From NCBI GenBank assembly GCA_965602015.1, contig OZ271918.1, positions 2,432,001-2,496,000 on the forward strand: a DNA stretch of 64,000 nucleotides, in the 5' to 3' direction. Position numbers and translations under genes: made by a program. Positions 1-10,294 of the stretch are shown here, piece after piece. The first letter of the stretch is position 1. Every line of letters begins with the position of its first letter. The stretch is from Salinispira sp. Lineage in GTDB: Bacteria; Spirochaetota; Spirochaetia; DSM-27196; Salinispiraceae. Under the pieces are notes generated by a model. It ran no database searches and was not told the origin of the DNA. It saw only the letters and a program-made list of their open reading frames with translations.

Positions 1-74
1 AAAGCCTCAAGGGCTTTCCTCCGGAAGGCTGCCAATCTCTCGTGGTCGTCAAAGCTGTTGATGTATTCCGTCAC
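1..74 (-). CDS. sufD: Probable SufD N-terminus (partial, runs off the window)
   Basis: GTG at 74 overlaps the sufB stop (GTGA). Reads [25 protein letters not shown], similar to SufB/SufD N-termini, and follows sufC-sufB. Confidence 0.6.
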   Translation of the reverse strand, partial: MTEYINSFDDHERLAAFRRKALEA

Positions 75-1477
75 CCTACGGACCCCTCCATTTCCAGTTC
101 TATGAGTCTGTTCAGCTCGACGGCATACTCCATGGGAAGCTGCTTGACCAGCGGATCGAGAAAGCCGTTGACGATCATCATTGCCGCCTCGCCCTCGGAA
201 AATCCCCGGCTCATCAGGTAGAAAAGCTGTTCTTCGGAGATTTTGCTGACCCGCGCCTCATGCTCCATGGAGACGTCGGTTGAGTCAATTTCCATGTAGG
301 GGAAGGTATTGCTGACCGAGTCCGGATCGAGTATCAGGGCGTCGCAGACAACGTTGCTGCGGGTGTTTTTTACCCCTTCGTGAACCCTGATCAAGCCGCG
401 GTACGAACTGATTCCGCCGTCCTTGGATATGGACTTTGATGTAATAACCGAGCTGGTGTTATCCGCCGCGTGGACGATCTTCCCGCCGGTATCCTGCTCC
501 TGTTTTTCCCCTGCGAAGGCGATGGAGAGTACCTCGCCGTGGGCGCCCTCGCCCTTCAGGTGGATTGCCGGATATTTCATGGTCCGCTTTGAACCCAGGT
601 TGCCGTCCACCCATTCTACGGTGGCGTTTCGGTGGGCAACCGCCCGCTTTGTCACCAGGTTGTAGATATCATTTGACCAGTTCTGGATGGTGGAATAGCG
701 CACCCGGGCGCCTTCAAGGGCGATGATTTCGACCACCGCCGAATGAAGGCTGTCCGTTGAATAAATCGGCGCGGTGCAGCCCTCAATATAATGAACAAAA
801 CTGCCTTCATCGGCGATGATGAGGGTTCTTTCAAACTGACCAAAGCTTTCCGAGTTGATACGGAAATAAGCCTGAATGGGAATATCCACCTTCACGCCTT
901 TGGGCACGTACACAAAACTGCCGCCGGACCACACCGCCGAATTGAGGGCGGCGAACTTGTTGTCCGTGTAGGGAATTATGGTTCCAAAATACTTTTTGAC
1001 CAGTTCGGGATACTTCTGTACCGCTTCTTCGGGCGATGTGAAAATAACGCCCTGCTTCTCGAGGTCTTCCCGGATGTTGTGATAAACCATTTCAGAGTCG
1101 TACTGGGCTCCGACGCCGGCGAGGAACTTCTGCTCGGCTTCGGGTATTCCCAGGCGCTCGTAGGTTTCTTTTATTTCCTGGGGAACGTCGTCCCAGCTTT
1201 TCTGCTGCCCTTCGTTTGTGGGTTTGGCGTAATACACGAACTCATCAAAGTCAATGTCGCTGAGGTCGGCGCCCCAGTTCGGCATTTCCTTCTCGCCGAA
1301 GGCCTTGAGGCTTTGCAGCCGAAACTCGGTCATCCACTCCGGCTCGTTTTTAGCCAGGGATATCTCCCTGACAACTGCCTCATCGAGGCCCTTGCGGGTC
1401 TTGAACACCGACTTATCGGGAAAGGAGAACCCGTACTTGTAATCATCTATCTGAACTTGGCTGACTTCACTGCTCAT
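71..1477 (-). CDS. sufB: Fe-S cluster assembly protein SufB
   Basis: 468 aa with [26 protein letters not shown] and LPMEYAVE motifs and the C-terminal LEMEGSVG. Confidence 0.97.
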   Translation of the reverse strand: MSSEVSQVQIDDYKYGFSFPDKSVFKTRKGLDEAVVREISLAKNEPEWMTEFRLQSLKAFGEKEMPNWGADLSDIDFDEFVYYAKPTNEGQQKSWDDVPQEIKETYERLGIPEAEQKFLAGVGAQYDSEMVYHNIREDLEKQGVIFTSPEEAVQKYPELVKKYFGTIIPYTDNKFAALNSAVWSGGSFVYVPKGVKVDIPIQAYFRINSESFGQFERTLIIADEGSFVHYIEGCTAPIYSTDSLHSAVVEIIALEGARVRYSTIQNWSNDIYNLVTKRAVAHRNATVEWVDGNLGSKRTMKYPAIHLKGEGAHGEVLSIAFAGEKQEQDTGGKIVHAADNTSSVITSKSISKDGGISSYRGLIRVHEGVKNTRSNVVCDALILDPDSVSNTFPYMEIDSTDVSMEHEARVSKISEEQLFYLMSRGFSEGEAAMMIVNGFLDPLVKQLPMEYAVELNRLIELEMEGSVG

Positions 1478-2240
1478 TTGCTACCTCCTCGGGTATACCG
1501 TACTGCTTTCGCACCCAGTCGTATCCCTTCTCTTCGAGGGTGTGAACCAGGTCCTTGCCTCCGGATGTCACCACCCGTCCGTCGAACAGAATGTGGACAT
1601 AGTCCGGAGTAATGTGGTCCAGGATTCGCTGATAATGGGTAATGATAATTGAACCAAAACCGTCGCCCCGGAGCTGATTCACTCCCTTGGCGACTATTTT
1701 TAACGCATCGATATCCAGCCCTGAATCGGTTTCATCGAGAATGCCGAAACTCGGCTTTAGCATGAGCATCTGCAGGATTTCCATGCGCTTTTTTTCTCCG
1801 CCGGAAAAACCCTCGTTGAGGTAGCGGTTAATAAACGCCTGATCGATATCGAGAAAATCCATGTTCGCCCGAAGAGCCTTTACAAAGCCCCGGGCATTGT
1901 TTTCGCCCCGGGCCTGATCGAAGAGCTCGCTGGCCCGCTTAAGGAAACGGCCGACGGTAATGCCGGGAATCTCAACGGGATACTGGAACGCCATAAAAAG
2001 ACCTTTGCGGGCCCGTTCGTCGACCTCCATTTCAAGGAGATCTTCGCCGTCAAGGAGTATTTTCCCCCCGGTCACCTCGTACTTCGGGTTTCCCATGATC
2101 ACGTTGGAAAGGGTGCTCTTGCCGGCGCCATTGGGACCCATGATGGCGTGAATTTCCCCGGTTTGAATTGTCAGATTAAGGCCCTTGAGTATTTCCTTAT
2201 CCTCTACATTTGCCTTGAGGTCGATAATTTCGAGTTTCAT
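1467..2240 (-). CDS. sufC: Fe-S cluster assembly ABC ATPase SufC
   Basis: GPNGAGKS Walker [34 protein letters not shown]. Start placed at ATG 2240 after an AGGAG RBS. Confidence 0.97.
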   Translation of the reverse strand: MKLEIIDLKANVEDKEILKGLNLTIQTGEIHAIMGPNGAGKSTLSNVIMGNPKYEVTGGKILLDGEDLLEMEVDERARKGLFMAFQYPVEIPGITVGRFLKRASELFDQARGENNARGFVKALRANMDFLDIDQAFINRYLNEGFSGGEKKRMEILQMLMLKPSFGILDETDSGLDIDALKIVAKGVNQLRGDGFGSIIITHYQRILDHITPDYVHILFDGRVVTSGGKDLVHTLEEKGYDWVRKQYGIPEEVANEQ

Positions 2241-2293
2241 GTGTTCTCCTGAGTGTGTGTAATTCTCGTCGGACCCGGCGGCGGGCCCGTATG

Positions 2294-2599
2294 TCAAATG
2301 GGGTAACCCAGCTCCAACCGGGCTTCTTCGCTCATGAAGTCAAGGCTCCAGGGCGGACTCCACACAACCTGGGTCTGGATTTCCTTTAGATCATGGTCAT
2401 CTGCCAGAATGTTCCGGATGTCCGCTTCTATGGTATCCGCCAAGGGACAGCCGGGGGACGTCAGCGTAAAATCCACTTCGGTATGATCTTCCAGAACATC
2501 GATCCGGTAAATTAACCCGAGATCGACGATGTTTATTCCTATTTCCGGGTCCAGGACCTTCCTGAGGGATTCGAGTATGTCACCCTTACTGACAGCCAT
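2294..2599 (-). CDS. Metal-sulfur cluster assembly factor (DUF59/SufT/PaaD-like)
   Basis: DPEIGINIVDLGLIY, TLTSPGCP and PPW motifs; first gene of the suf operon. Confidence 0.92.
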   Translation of the reverse strand: MAVSKGDILESLRKVLDPEIGINIVDLGLIYRIDVLEDHTEVDFTLTSPGCPLADTIEADIRNILADDHDLKEIQTQVVWSPPWSLDFMSEEARLELGYPI

Positions 2600-2629
2600 A
2601 GCTAACTCCGTTGCGTGATTGTTATACCT

Positions 2630-2654
2630 ATACTTTACTAAATAAGTCAGGTAT
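2630..2654. promoter_or_regulatory. IscR/Rrf2 type-1-like operator in the suf promoter
   Basis: ATACTTTACTAAATAAGTCAGGTAT matches 23/25 positions of the E. coli IscR type-1 consensus ATASYYGACTRWWWYAGTCRRSTAT. It covers the spacer and -10 of a minus-strand TTGAAA-17-TAAAGT promoter-like pair. Confidence 0.65.
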
Positions 2655-2735
2655 TTTCAAGATGATTCTGATCCGCATTTGCGTGATAGAATCGGTCAGA
2701 GCTTATAACATATTATGAGAGGAAGGTTAAGGCAA

Positions 2736-3344
2736 ATGAAACGGATCTCCGCCCTTTTGGCCCATCCCGATGAAGAGAGCTTTTGTTCGGCCCTCTATGC
2801 AAGCTACACCCGGGTTTTGCGGGAGTACAAAACTGAGCATTCCCTGATGGACCTTTACCGCGAGGACTTCGATCCTGTGATGGATCTTTCGGAGATGCGC
2901 CGCCATATTCCCTTCGACAAGCAGACGCTGCAGTATATGCGGACCGTCCGGGAAAGCCGACGCCTGAGCCTCTTTTTTCCCGATTGGTGGGGCGCCGAGC
3001 CGGCGATCCTCAAGGGCTGGCTGGACCGGGTGCTTCGCCAGGATCTGGCTTACTCCCGTTCTGCATTCCCGTCGGCTTCCGGCGGGTCTGACAGGGACAC
3101 AAAAGGCCTGTTGGGGCATGTACAGCTGACCGTTTTTGTTACCAGCGATACCGGCGAAGGCGACCTGGACATCCTTGAGAAGACGTACCGGCATCGCTAT
3201 GGGAGCATTATCGGAGAATACTGCGGACTTGGGGGATGTGAAATCGCGTTGTACTCACCTGTGCGCTCATCAAAACTAAAGGTCAGAAAGCAGTGGCTGG
3301 ATGATGCAGCTGAGCGGGCGAGGCTTCATGTACGTGAAAAATAA
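2736..3344 (+). CDS. NAD(P)H-dependent oxidoreductase, flavodoxin-like fold (MdaB/KefF-like)
   Basis: AHPxxxSF, DLYxxxFDP and FPDWWGAEPAILKGWLDRV motifs of Flavodoxin_2. Confidence 0.85.
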   Translation: MKRISALLAHPDEESFCSALYASYTRVLREYKTEHSLMDLYREDFDPVMDLSEMRRHIPFDKQTLQYMRTVRESRRLSLFFPDWWGAEPAILKGWLDRVLRQDLAYSRSAFPSASGGSDRDTKGLLGHVQLTVFVTSDTGEGDLDILEKTYRHRYGSIIGEYCGLGGCEIALYSPVRSSKLKVRKQWLDDAAERARLHVREK

Positions 3345-3353
3345 GGCTTGTAA

Positions 3354-3791
3354 TCAATAGCGGAAAACCCATTCCTGTTCGCCGTCATTAACCTCACCGG
3401 ATTGGACAAACCCCGCTTTGGCAAAGACCTTGGCGGCTCCGGTATTTCCCGGGGCGATATCGGCGTACAACGCCGCAGGATTCCGCTCGGCACCGATGCG
3501 TTCCACCAGCGCTTTCAGCGCCAGCACAGAATAGCCCTTTCCCTGATGTTCCGCATCGATCTGAAGGCTTTGAATGCTTGTTCTTCCATCTTCCTCGTCT
3601 GTGCCGTACATGCAAAAACCCACGAGCTCATCATCATTATATATTGCAAGGGGCCGGAAATCCTGCTCCCCCGCTGCAAGCGCAAGGGCTTCCCGGGGCT
3701 CGCGAACCAGGTCTCTCTGTTCATCCCGCACTTTAAGAGCCACTACTTGATCGATGATATCGTAACCTATTTCAGATAGGGTAATTGCCAT
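3354..3791 (-). CDS. GNAT family N-acetyltransferase (spermidine/BltD-like)
   Basis: LVGFCMY, IDAEHQGKGY acetyl-CoA motif A, NxxAxxxFxKAGF motif B. Confidence 0.85.
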   Translation of the reverse strand: MAITLSEIGYDIIDQVVALKVRDEQRDLVREPREALALAAGEQDFRPLAIYNDDELVGFCMYGTDEEDGRTSIQSLQIDAEHQGKGYSVLALKALVERIGAERNPAALYADIAPGNTGAAKVFAKAGFVQSGEVNDGEQEWVFRY

Positions 3792-3841
3792 TATTCCTCC
3801 GTGACCTAGTTTGAATATACTCGCAGATCACCCAAACTGCA

Positions 3842-4267
3842 TCAAAATTCCTCAAAACGCACGGGATGCAGTTCACGGAATGGCAGGTCCTTTCGCTGAC
3901 CCTTGTGATTTATCATGATAACGGGAAAATCCTCGTCGACGAATTCCGTCATAAACTGCAGGCAAATTCCGCAGGGCGGCGTTGGACTGTCCTGCTTGGT
4001 ATACAGGACGATAAAACCGGGTTCGATGCTGCCGTACATGGATATGGCGCTGGTAAATGCCGATCGTTCTGCGCAGATGGTGCCTCCGTAACTGCGGTTT
4101 TCCACATTCACCCCTACGACGAACTCCGCCCTATCTTCCAGATACAGGGCGACGGATACGGAAAACTGGGAATACGGCGCATACGCCCTTGTATTGGCTT
4201 CTGTGGCCAGCTGGATGCCCCGGGAAACCAGGGACTCCTCAGGTTTTTTACGGTTCAAGGCTATCAA
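3842..4267 (-). CDS. cdd: Cytidine deaminase (tetrameric type)
   Basis: AYAPYSQF, GVNVEN, CAERSA and PCGIC zinc motifs. The true start may be TTG at 4258. Confidence 0.92.
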   Translation of the reverse strand: MIALNRKKPEESLVSRGIQLATEANTRAYAPYSQFSVSVALYLEDRAEFVVGVNVENRSYGGTICAERSAFTSAISMYGSIEPGFIVLYTKQDSPTPPCGICLQFMTEFVDEDFPVIMINHKGQRKDLPFRELHPVRFEEF

Positions 4268-4383
4268 CTCCTAAAAATTGACAAATGAGTGACAATCAAA
4301 GAATAATCAATAATACCGCAGTTTGACGCGGCATTGACTATTTTTTTGAATTTTGCATGATATTTGCAGCAGAGGGCTTATAT

Positions 4384-6942
4384 ATGGAAGAAAAATACCT
4401 GGTTATCGTCGAATCACCAACGAAAGCGCGCACAATAAGCCGCTTTCTTCCGAAAAACTTCATCGTCGAGGCCAGCATAGGTCATATCCGCGACCTTCCG
4501 CAGACCGCCGCCGATGTCCCGGCAAAGTTCAAAGGCCAGGAATGGGCCAGACTGGGAATAGATGTAGACAATGATTTCCAGCCCCTGTACATCACGCCGA
4601 AGGGCAAGGGGAAAATAATCAATGAGCTCAAGCGCAAGCTCAAAGACGTCAAAGCCCTCTATCTGGCCACTGACGAAGACCGTGAAGGCGAAAGCATCAG
4701 CTGGCACCTGGTTCAGGTTCTCAACCCCGAAAAGAAAAAAGTGGAAGTAAAACGGATGGTCTTTCATGAGATCACCAAAAGCGCCATTCAGCACGCGTTG
4801 GAGGACACTCGCGATATCGATATGAACCTGGTCAAGGCGCAGGAAACCAGGCGAATACTCGATCGTCTGTATGGGTTCACCCTCTCTCCCCTGGTCTGGA
4901 AGAAAATCGCCTACGGTCTCAGTGCGGGAAGAGTTCAAAGCCCCGGTCTCAGGCTGATAGTGGAGCGGGAACGCGAACGGATCGCCTTTAAAAAAGCAGT
5001 GTATTGGGATTTGAAAGCCCAGCTCAGCGCCCCGGAGACCGGCTCACCAGACCAGTTTGAAGCCCGTCTTATTTCCCACAAAGGCCAGCGCCTGGCCACC
5101 GGCAAAGACTTTCATTCCATCGAGGGAACCCTCCTTGAAGGGAAAGACGTGCTGGTTCTCGATGAGGCAGGGGCCCGGGAACTGGAAGCCGATCTCTCGA
5201 ATAAGTCCTGGGAAATTATCAACGTCACAGAAAAAGAGACAACCAGCCGGCCGTCGGTCCCTTTTATTACTTCAACACTCCAACAGGAGGGTAACCGCAA
5301 ACTGGGCCTGACAGCCCGGGAAACCATGCGCACCGCCCAGAAGCTCTACGAGGAAGGTCTGATAACCTACATGCGGACCGACAGTCCGACGCTCAGCAAC
5401 GAAGCCATTGAAGGCGCACGAAAAACGATTCGGGATCAGTACGGCGATGAATACCTGAGCCCCGAGCCCCGTCAGTACAGTGCAAAAAGCGAAAGCGCCC
5501 AGGAGGCCCACGAGGCCATTCGGCCGGCGGGTTCGGACTTCAAGCATCCCGATGAGACCGGTCTCAGCGGGAAAGAAAAAGCCCTCTACGAAATCATCTG
5601 GAAGCGCACCCTGGCCACCCAGATGGCCGACGCGAAAAAATCTAGCACCAGTGTTAAGATCCAGGTCGGCGAGGCGGTTTTTCAGGCAAACGGCACAAAA
5701 ATCCTCTTTCCCGGGTACCTCAAGCTGTACGTGGAGGGAAAAGATGATCCCGAGGCAAAACGCGAAGACCGGGAGGTAATACTCCCGGATGTTAAAACCG
5801 GCATGGGCTGCCAGGTCGAAGGCCTTGAAAGCCTGTATCACGAAACCAAAGCGCCATCCCGATACACCGAAGCCAGCCTTATACAGGCCCTTGAGAAACG
5901 GGGCATCGGCAGGCCGAGCACTTATTCGAGCATTATTTCCACCCTCTTCGACCGGGGTTACATTCGACGGATAAACAGCGCCCTCGCACCTACCTTTACC
6001 GGTATGGGAGTGGTGCAGTTCCTGGAGAACAACTTCGAGTACCTGATTAAATATGATTTCACCTCGGACATGGAGGACAGTCTCGACCGCATCGCCGTGG
6101 GGGAGAAAGACAGGCTGGAATATCTGACTGATTTTTACAGCTCCAAGCAGGGACTCAAGACCCATGTAGAAAAGCAGGAGGAAAAAATCAGTCCCGAGGA
6201 ATCCCGGCGGATAATCATGCATCAGGTCGACGAAGACATCGAGGTGAGAATCGGCCGATACGGGCCGTACATCATCGCGAAAAGCGAAGACGGCGAAAAG
6301 ATTAACGCCTCGATTCCCGAGGAGATCGCGCCTGCCGACCTCACACCGGAGGATATCAAGGAAATCATCGAACTGCAGATCCGGGGCCCCGAACCCCTGG
6401 GCCAGGACCCGGAAACCGGCCTTCCGGTATTCTGCCTGATCGGACGCTACGGTCCTTATGTGCAGCTGGGAGAAGTAACCGAAGAACAGCCGAAGCCCCG
6501 AAGGGCCGGTATTCCCAAGGGCACCAGTCCCCGTGAGGTTACCCTCGAGGAAGCCCTTAAATACCTGAGTCTGCCCAGAACCCTCGGAGTTCATCCGGAA
6601 ACCGGGAATGATATTGTCGCAAACCTCGGCCGCTTCGGCCCCTACGTGATGCATGACGGTGATTTCCGCAGCCTCAAAAAAGACGATGATGTGTATAGCA
6701 TTGAACTGGACCGGGCCCTCGAACTATTGGCTGAGGAAAAGAAGGGCCGAGGCAGGGGCAGCACCCTCATCAGGGAACTGGGAGAGCATGACAAGAAAAA
6801 GGTCGCGCTCTACGACGGGAAATACGGTCCATACTTGAAGTTCGGGAGCAAAAACATATCACTGCCCGATGAGAAAAAAACGGATGAGGAATTACCCAAA
6901 ATTACCCTGAAGGACGCCATTGGCATTATCAAAGGAAAGTAG
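4384..6942 (+). CDS. topA: DNA topoisomerase I (type IA) with C-terminal GRYGPY repeats
   Basis: IVESPTKA, ATDEDREGE, SAGRVQS, ITYMRTD (catalytic Tyr), AQEAHEAIRP; C-terminal repeats without Zn-finger cysteines. Confidence 0.97.
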   Translation: MEEKYLVIVESPTKARTISRFLPKNFIVEASIGHIRDLPQTAADVPAKFKGQEWARLGIDVDNDFQPLYITPKGKGKIINELKRKLKDVKALYLATDEDREGESISWHLVQVLNPEKKKVEVKRMVFHEITKSAIQHALEDTRDIDMNLVKAQETRRILDRLYGFTLSPLVWKKIAYGLSAGRVQSPGLRLIVERERERIAFKKAVYWDLKAQLSAPETGSPDQFEARLISHKGQRLATGKDFHSIEGTLLEGKDVLVLDEAGARELEADLSNKSWEIINVTEKETTSRPSVPFITSTLQQEGNRKLGLTARETMRTAQKLYEEGLITYMRTDSPTLSNEAIEGARKTIRDQYGDEYLSPEPRQYSAKSESAQEAHEAIRPAGSDFKHPDETGLSGKEKALYEIIWKRTLATQMADAKKSSTSVKIQVGEAVFQANGTKILFPGYLKLYVEGKDDPEAKREDREVILPDVKTGMGCQVEGLESLYHETKAPSRYTEASLIQALEKRGIGRPSTYSSIISTLFDRGYIRRINSALAPTFTGMGVVQFLENNFEYLIKYDFTSDMEDSLDRIAVGEKDRLEYLTDFYSSKQGLKTHVEKQEEKISPEESRRIIMHQVDEDIEVRIGRYGPYIIAKSEDGEKINASIPEEIAPADLTPEDIKEIIELQIRGPEPLGQDPETGLPVFCLIGRYGPYVQLGEVTEEQPKPRRAGIPKGTSPREVTLEEALKYLSLPRTLGVHPETGNDIVANLGRFGPYVMHDGDFRSLKKDDDVYSIELDRALELLAEEKKGRGRGSTLIRELGEHDKKKVALYDGKYGPYLKFGSKNISLPDEKKTDEELPKITLKDAIGIIKGK

Positions 6943-6967
6943 AATGCTGCGGTCTGCGTAACGGGGT

Positions 6968-7010
6968 AAAAAAGGGCCTTCCGGGGAAAGGAGGTGAAAC
7001 CCCGGAAGGC
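6968..7010 (-). terminator. Rho-independent terminator hairpin with an anti-SD loop (possible sRNA 3' end)
   Basis: 11-bp stem GCCTTCCGGGG/CCCCGGAAGGC (6976-6986/7000-7010), 13-nt loop, followed by a T6 tract on the minus strand. Confidence 0.75.
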
Positions 7011-7098
7011 TAAAAAGGAGAATGGATAGGTTCGGCTCTCATGACCTTCCAACCATACAACAAGGCACCAGGCCTTCAGTAACAGAATATCGCATGAT

Positions 7099-8187
7099 TT
7101 ACCGGGAAACGAATGACGCCAGGTATTCACGACGATATTCGCTGCGAAATTCACCGGTTCCCTCGAGCAGGAGCTCCAAAAGCCCGTATATCTCGTTTAT
7201 TTCCCTCAAGGATTCTTCATACTCTTCGAAATCCCCATCCTCGAAACGGTTCGCGATTATTGTAGAAAAAATAATGCTCCCCAAGGTTCGGTAGGTATTT
7301 GCCGAGGTCGCGGCGATGTATATACTGCGCCGGGCAACCTCACCGTCGTCGCCTCCGGCCTCCCCGCTTTCACTGAAAAGTCTGCGGCTGCGCTCGAGAT
7401 TGTCCCGCACTTCGCGGCCCAGCAGCAGCACCTCTTCCACATAATCGGCGGCGGAAACCTGGGCCCGGGAAAACTGGGTGCTGAGACCAAGCATGGAATA
7501 GACGATATCCTTGTCAATGCTCCAGACAAACAGAGAGTGAGAACTGAAAGCATCGATTTCCAGGCTTTGGAGCACGTAGTATTCGAAGTCGCTAAAACCT
7601 TCTTCTCCGTATAACGGAAGGGCGAAGTTCCGTACAAAAATCCCCTGAAGATAGATTGCGTCCATCTGGGCCAGATAGTACTCCAACGGATCGGCATAAA
7701 AGGCGGTGATATCGCTGCCGTAGGCCTGATAGTCCTGCATATGCGCCAACATGCCCGCGTAGCTGCTCAAGGCGGGTACCGGGTTAACCGGCGATTCGTC
7801 AATGAGACGGCTGTCTATCAAAATAACCGCCCGGGAGTTTTCTTCATCAAGAGTGAAACGTCCACGGGAAAAACTATTATCGTCTACAGCGAAATCGGGC
7901 TGAACACGCACCCTTCCATCAACCAATAGCGGCCGCACGCTTCGATACAGCGATACGAGTTCCGATTCGCCTTCGGCGGTCATCATGATGCCGTCAAAGG
8001 TTTCGAGTATCGTCGCAATCCGCTCACGGTACTCTTCACCGCTCAGTCCGGATACGCCGGGGGTTTGCTCGGGAGCGACGGCGCTGTCGGGGGTGCTGGC
8101 GCAGGATGAAAAAAACAGAGCTGTCGCAATAAGCGCTGCTCCGGTCAGTTGAGTAAAAATCGACGTGCGGATCATATGGGCCTCCAT
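7099..8187 (-). CDS. Hypothetical lipoprotein
   Basis: 362-aa ORF with a signal peptide and FFSSC lipobox; no family recognised. Confidence 0.75.
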   Translation of the reverse strand: MEAHMIRTSIFTQLTGAALIATALFFSSCASTPDSAVAPEQTPGVSGLSGEEYRERIATILETFDGIMMTAEGESELVSLYRSVRPLLVDGRVRVQPDFAVDDNSFSRGRFTLDEENSRAVILIDSRLIDESPVNPVPALSSYAGMLAHMQDYQAYGSDITAFYADPLEYYLAQMDAIYLQGIFVRNFALPLYGEEGFSDFEYYVLQSLEIDAFSSHSLFVWSIDKDIVYSMLGLSTQFSRAQVSAADYVEEVLLLGREVRDNLERSRRLFSESGEAGGDDGEVARRSIYIAATSANTYRTLGSIIFSTIIANRFEDGDFEEYEESLREINEIYGLLELLLEGTGEFRSEYRREYLASFVSR

Positions 8188-8225
8188 GGAATCAAGCCGG
8201 TGCGCCGGGGATTCCGGAGCACCGC

Positions 8226-9320
8226 TCAGTCGGTATTATCGGCAGATTCGCCGGTTCCTTGGCTGGTTTCGACGGTGATGGGTCGGACGGTGTAGCGGGA
8301 CAAGAGCTCGCCGTCAGCGTAAATATTGATAATGCTCCCCACCTCCAAAAGATAGGGGAAGGAAAGCTCTCCGCCGCTATGCTGGGTCTGGAAATACCGG
8401 GTGGTATCGCCTTCGGTGGAAATGAAATCTACGGCCACGTTTACCGGGAGGGCAAACTCCGGAATAAAGCCGTAGTAGATATCGGCGACCTGATTTGCCC
8501 TGCTGGTGCTCAGGGGATTTATTCGAAGTACAAGAGTGCTGTCAGGCTCAATGAGTTCGCCGGCGGCGGGAAACTGGCTCACAACAAGGCCGCCGGTCCC
8601 ACCGGGCTCGCCGGTGCTGCTGTTGCGGAATACGAATGGGACGCCGCGACCCGCAAGCAGCCCCAGGGCCTGCCGGTAATCCAGGCCAACCACCTCCGGA
8701 GCTTCTATCCCCAGCACTTCGGGTCCGCGGCTCACCAGGAGCATAAGATCGGTATAGCCCGTCAGCTTCTCGCCGGCTTCGGGCTCCTGAGCGAGTATGG
8801 TGCCCGCCTCCTGTTCGGAAAACACATAGGAGATATTCTGATTCCGGACTTCCAGGAGCGGCTCGTAATTGGCGAACTGGGCGGCGAGCTGTGCCCGCAG
8901 TTCTTCCAGGGTAAGCCCCTGATAATCGCCGACCTGATCGACTACCGGACCCTGGCTCACGGTTATGTTCACCCTGCGGCCCACCCGGACCTGGCTGCCC
9001 GGATCCGGGCTTTGATCGATAATGCGTCCCCGGGTCGCCGGATCGCTGAAAAAGCGTTGCTGGACCCGTACGTCAAGACCCCGGCTCTGGAGTTCTTCCA
9101 GGGCGGCGACTAGCTCACGGTCTTCAAGATTAGGAACCATGGTCACCTCGGCGCCCTGCAGGGTCAGGAGAAAACTGAGGGATCCGGCAACCAATGCGAT
9201 GAGGAATACCGCCAGAAAACCCCAGACCAGCACCTTGAAGTATCTGGATTCGGGATTTTCCTGTTCCTGGGGAAGAAGTTTTTTTACCGAGTTCTGAACA
9301 CTGGATAAGGCCTTTTTCAT
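8226..9320 (-). CDS. Membrane-anchored PASTA domain protein
   Basis: N-terminal TM helix followed by three PASTA repeats (VPNL..., IIDQSPDPG, AQEPEAG, SQFPAAG); coupled to fmt. Confidence 0.9.
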   Translation of the reverse strand: MKKALSSVQNSVKKLLPQEQENPESRYFKVLVWGFLAVFLIALVAGSLSFLLTLQGAEVTMVPNLEDRELVAALEELQSRGLDVRVQQRFFSDPATRGRIIDQSPDPGSQVRVGRRVNITVSQGPVVDQVGDYQGLTLEELRAQLAAQFANYEPLLEVRNQNISYVFSEQEAGTILAQEPEAGEKLTGYTDLMLLVSRGPEVLGIEAPEVVGLDYRQALGLLAGRGVPFVFRNSSTGEPGGTGGLVVSQFPAAGELIEPDSTLVLRINPLSTSRANQVADIYYGFIPEFALPVNVAVDFISTEGDTTRYFQTQHSGGELSFPYLLEVGSIINIYADGELLSRYTVRPITVETSQGTGESADNTD

Positions 9321-10294
9321 TATTTCTCCTGAACTCCCAGAACCGAAGAGATAAACCGGGGATTGCCGTTTATAAAACTCTTCCAGTCCATGTCGCGTTT
9401 CGACTGTTGCTGGAGTCGTGTGAGAGCGAGGACGCCGTCTCCAGTTTTTACCAAAATTCCCGAAGATTTGTCTACACCGATTACCGTGCCGGGCTCGGCC
9501 TTCGAAGCCCGGGCGCGCATGTCGTCGGAGAGACTCGCGGATTTGACAGGGGAACTGGCGCGGATAGTGAGGTTTTGCCCTTCCCAGCTGCTGTGGGCAA
9601 GGGGCCAGGGTCGGTAGGCCCGGATAAGCCGATGAATTTCCTCACTGCGGTTTTTCCAGTCTATCTGGCCGTCTTCCTTGGCCAGAAGGCTGCAATAGCT
9701 GGCCCGGGAGTCATCTTGAGGAGTCCGGGTCTCCCAGCCGCTTTCGATGAGGTCAAGGGCTTCAACCATCATCTGCGCACCTCTTTGTGCACAGTACTCG
9801 CTGAGGGATTCGGCATCGGAGTTATCATCAATTGCAAACTCCTCCTGGAGAATGATGTCGCCGGCATCCATTTCCAGCCCCACTTCCTGAACGCTTATGC
9901 CGCTGATTTCATCCCCCGCCAGGATGGCTGCGGGAATAGGCGCCGGCCCCCGGTATTTGGGCAACAGACTGGGGTGCAAATTTACCGCCCCCTTTGGGAA
10001 CAGTTCCAGGAATCGGGGACCGAATATTTTGCCGTAAGCCACGACGACCATGAGATCTGCCGCGAAGGCCGCAGCTTCCCGGCGGGCCTCGCTTCGAAGG
10101 CTGAGCGGTTGTATTACGGGAATCCCCTGCTCTGCCGCATAGCTTTTTACCGGGCTTACTCGCAGCTTCCGTCCTCTGCCGCTACCCGCATCGGGATTTG
10201 TGAGAACGGCGGCAATATCATGGCGGGATTCTTCGTGGATTTTTGCGAGGGCGGGTACGGCGAATCCGGGGGTGCCGGCGAAGAGAATTCTCAC
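9320..10294 (-). CDS. fmt: Methionyl-tRNA formyltransferase
   Basis: MRILFAGTPGFA, VVAYGKI, NLHPSLLPKYRG, MDAGDI; follows def. Confidence 0.97.
   Translation of the reverse strand: MRILFAGTPGFAVPALAKIHEESRHDIAAVLTNPDAGSGRGRKLRVSPVKSYAAEQGIPVIQPLSLRSEARREAAAFAADLMVVVAYGKIFGPRFLELFPKGAVNLHPSLLPKYRGPAPIPAAILAGDEISGISVQEVGLEMDAGDIILQEEFAIDDNSDAESLSEYCAQRGAQMMVEALDLIESGWETRTPQDDSRASYCSLLAKEDGQIDWKNRSEEIHRLIRAYRPWPLAHSSWEGQNLTIRASSPVKSASLSDDMRARASKAEPGTVIGVDKSSGILVKTGDGVLALTRLQQQSKRDMDWKSFINGNPRFISSVLGVQEK

Noticed and set aside
5272..6654. 460-aa antisense ORF within topA (similarly 29414-30676, 52120-53253, 58372-59616 and others)
   Set aside because: Shadow ORFs opposite well-supported genes, expected from GC-rich codon bias; no recognisable motifs.
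7022..7294. 90-aa plus-strand ORF preceded by AAGGAG
   Set aside because: SD-to-ATG spacing is only 1 nt, it overlaps the lipoprotein gene antisense, and the product has no recognisable features.
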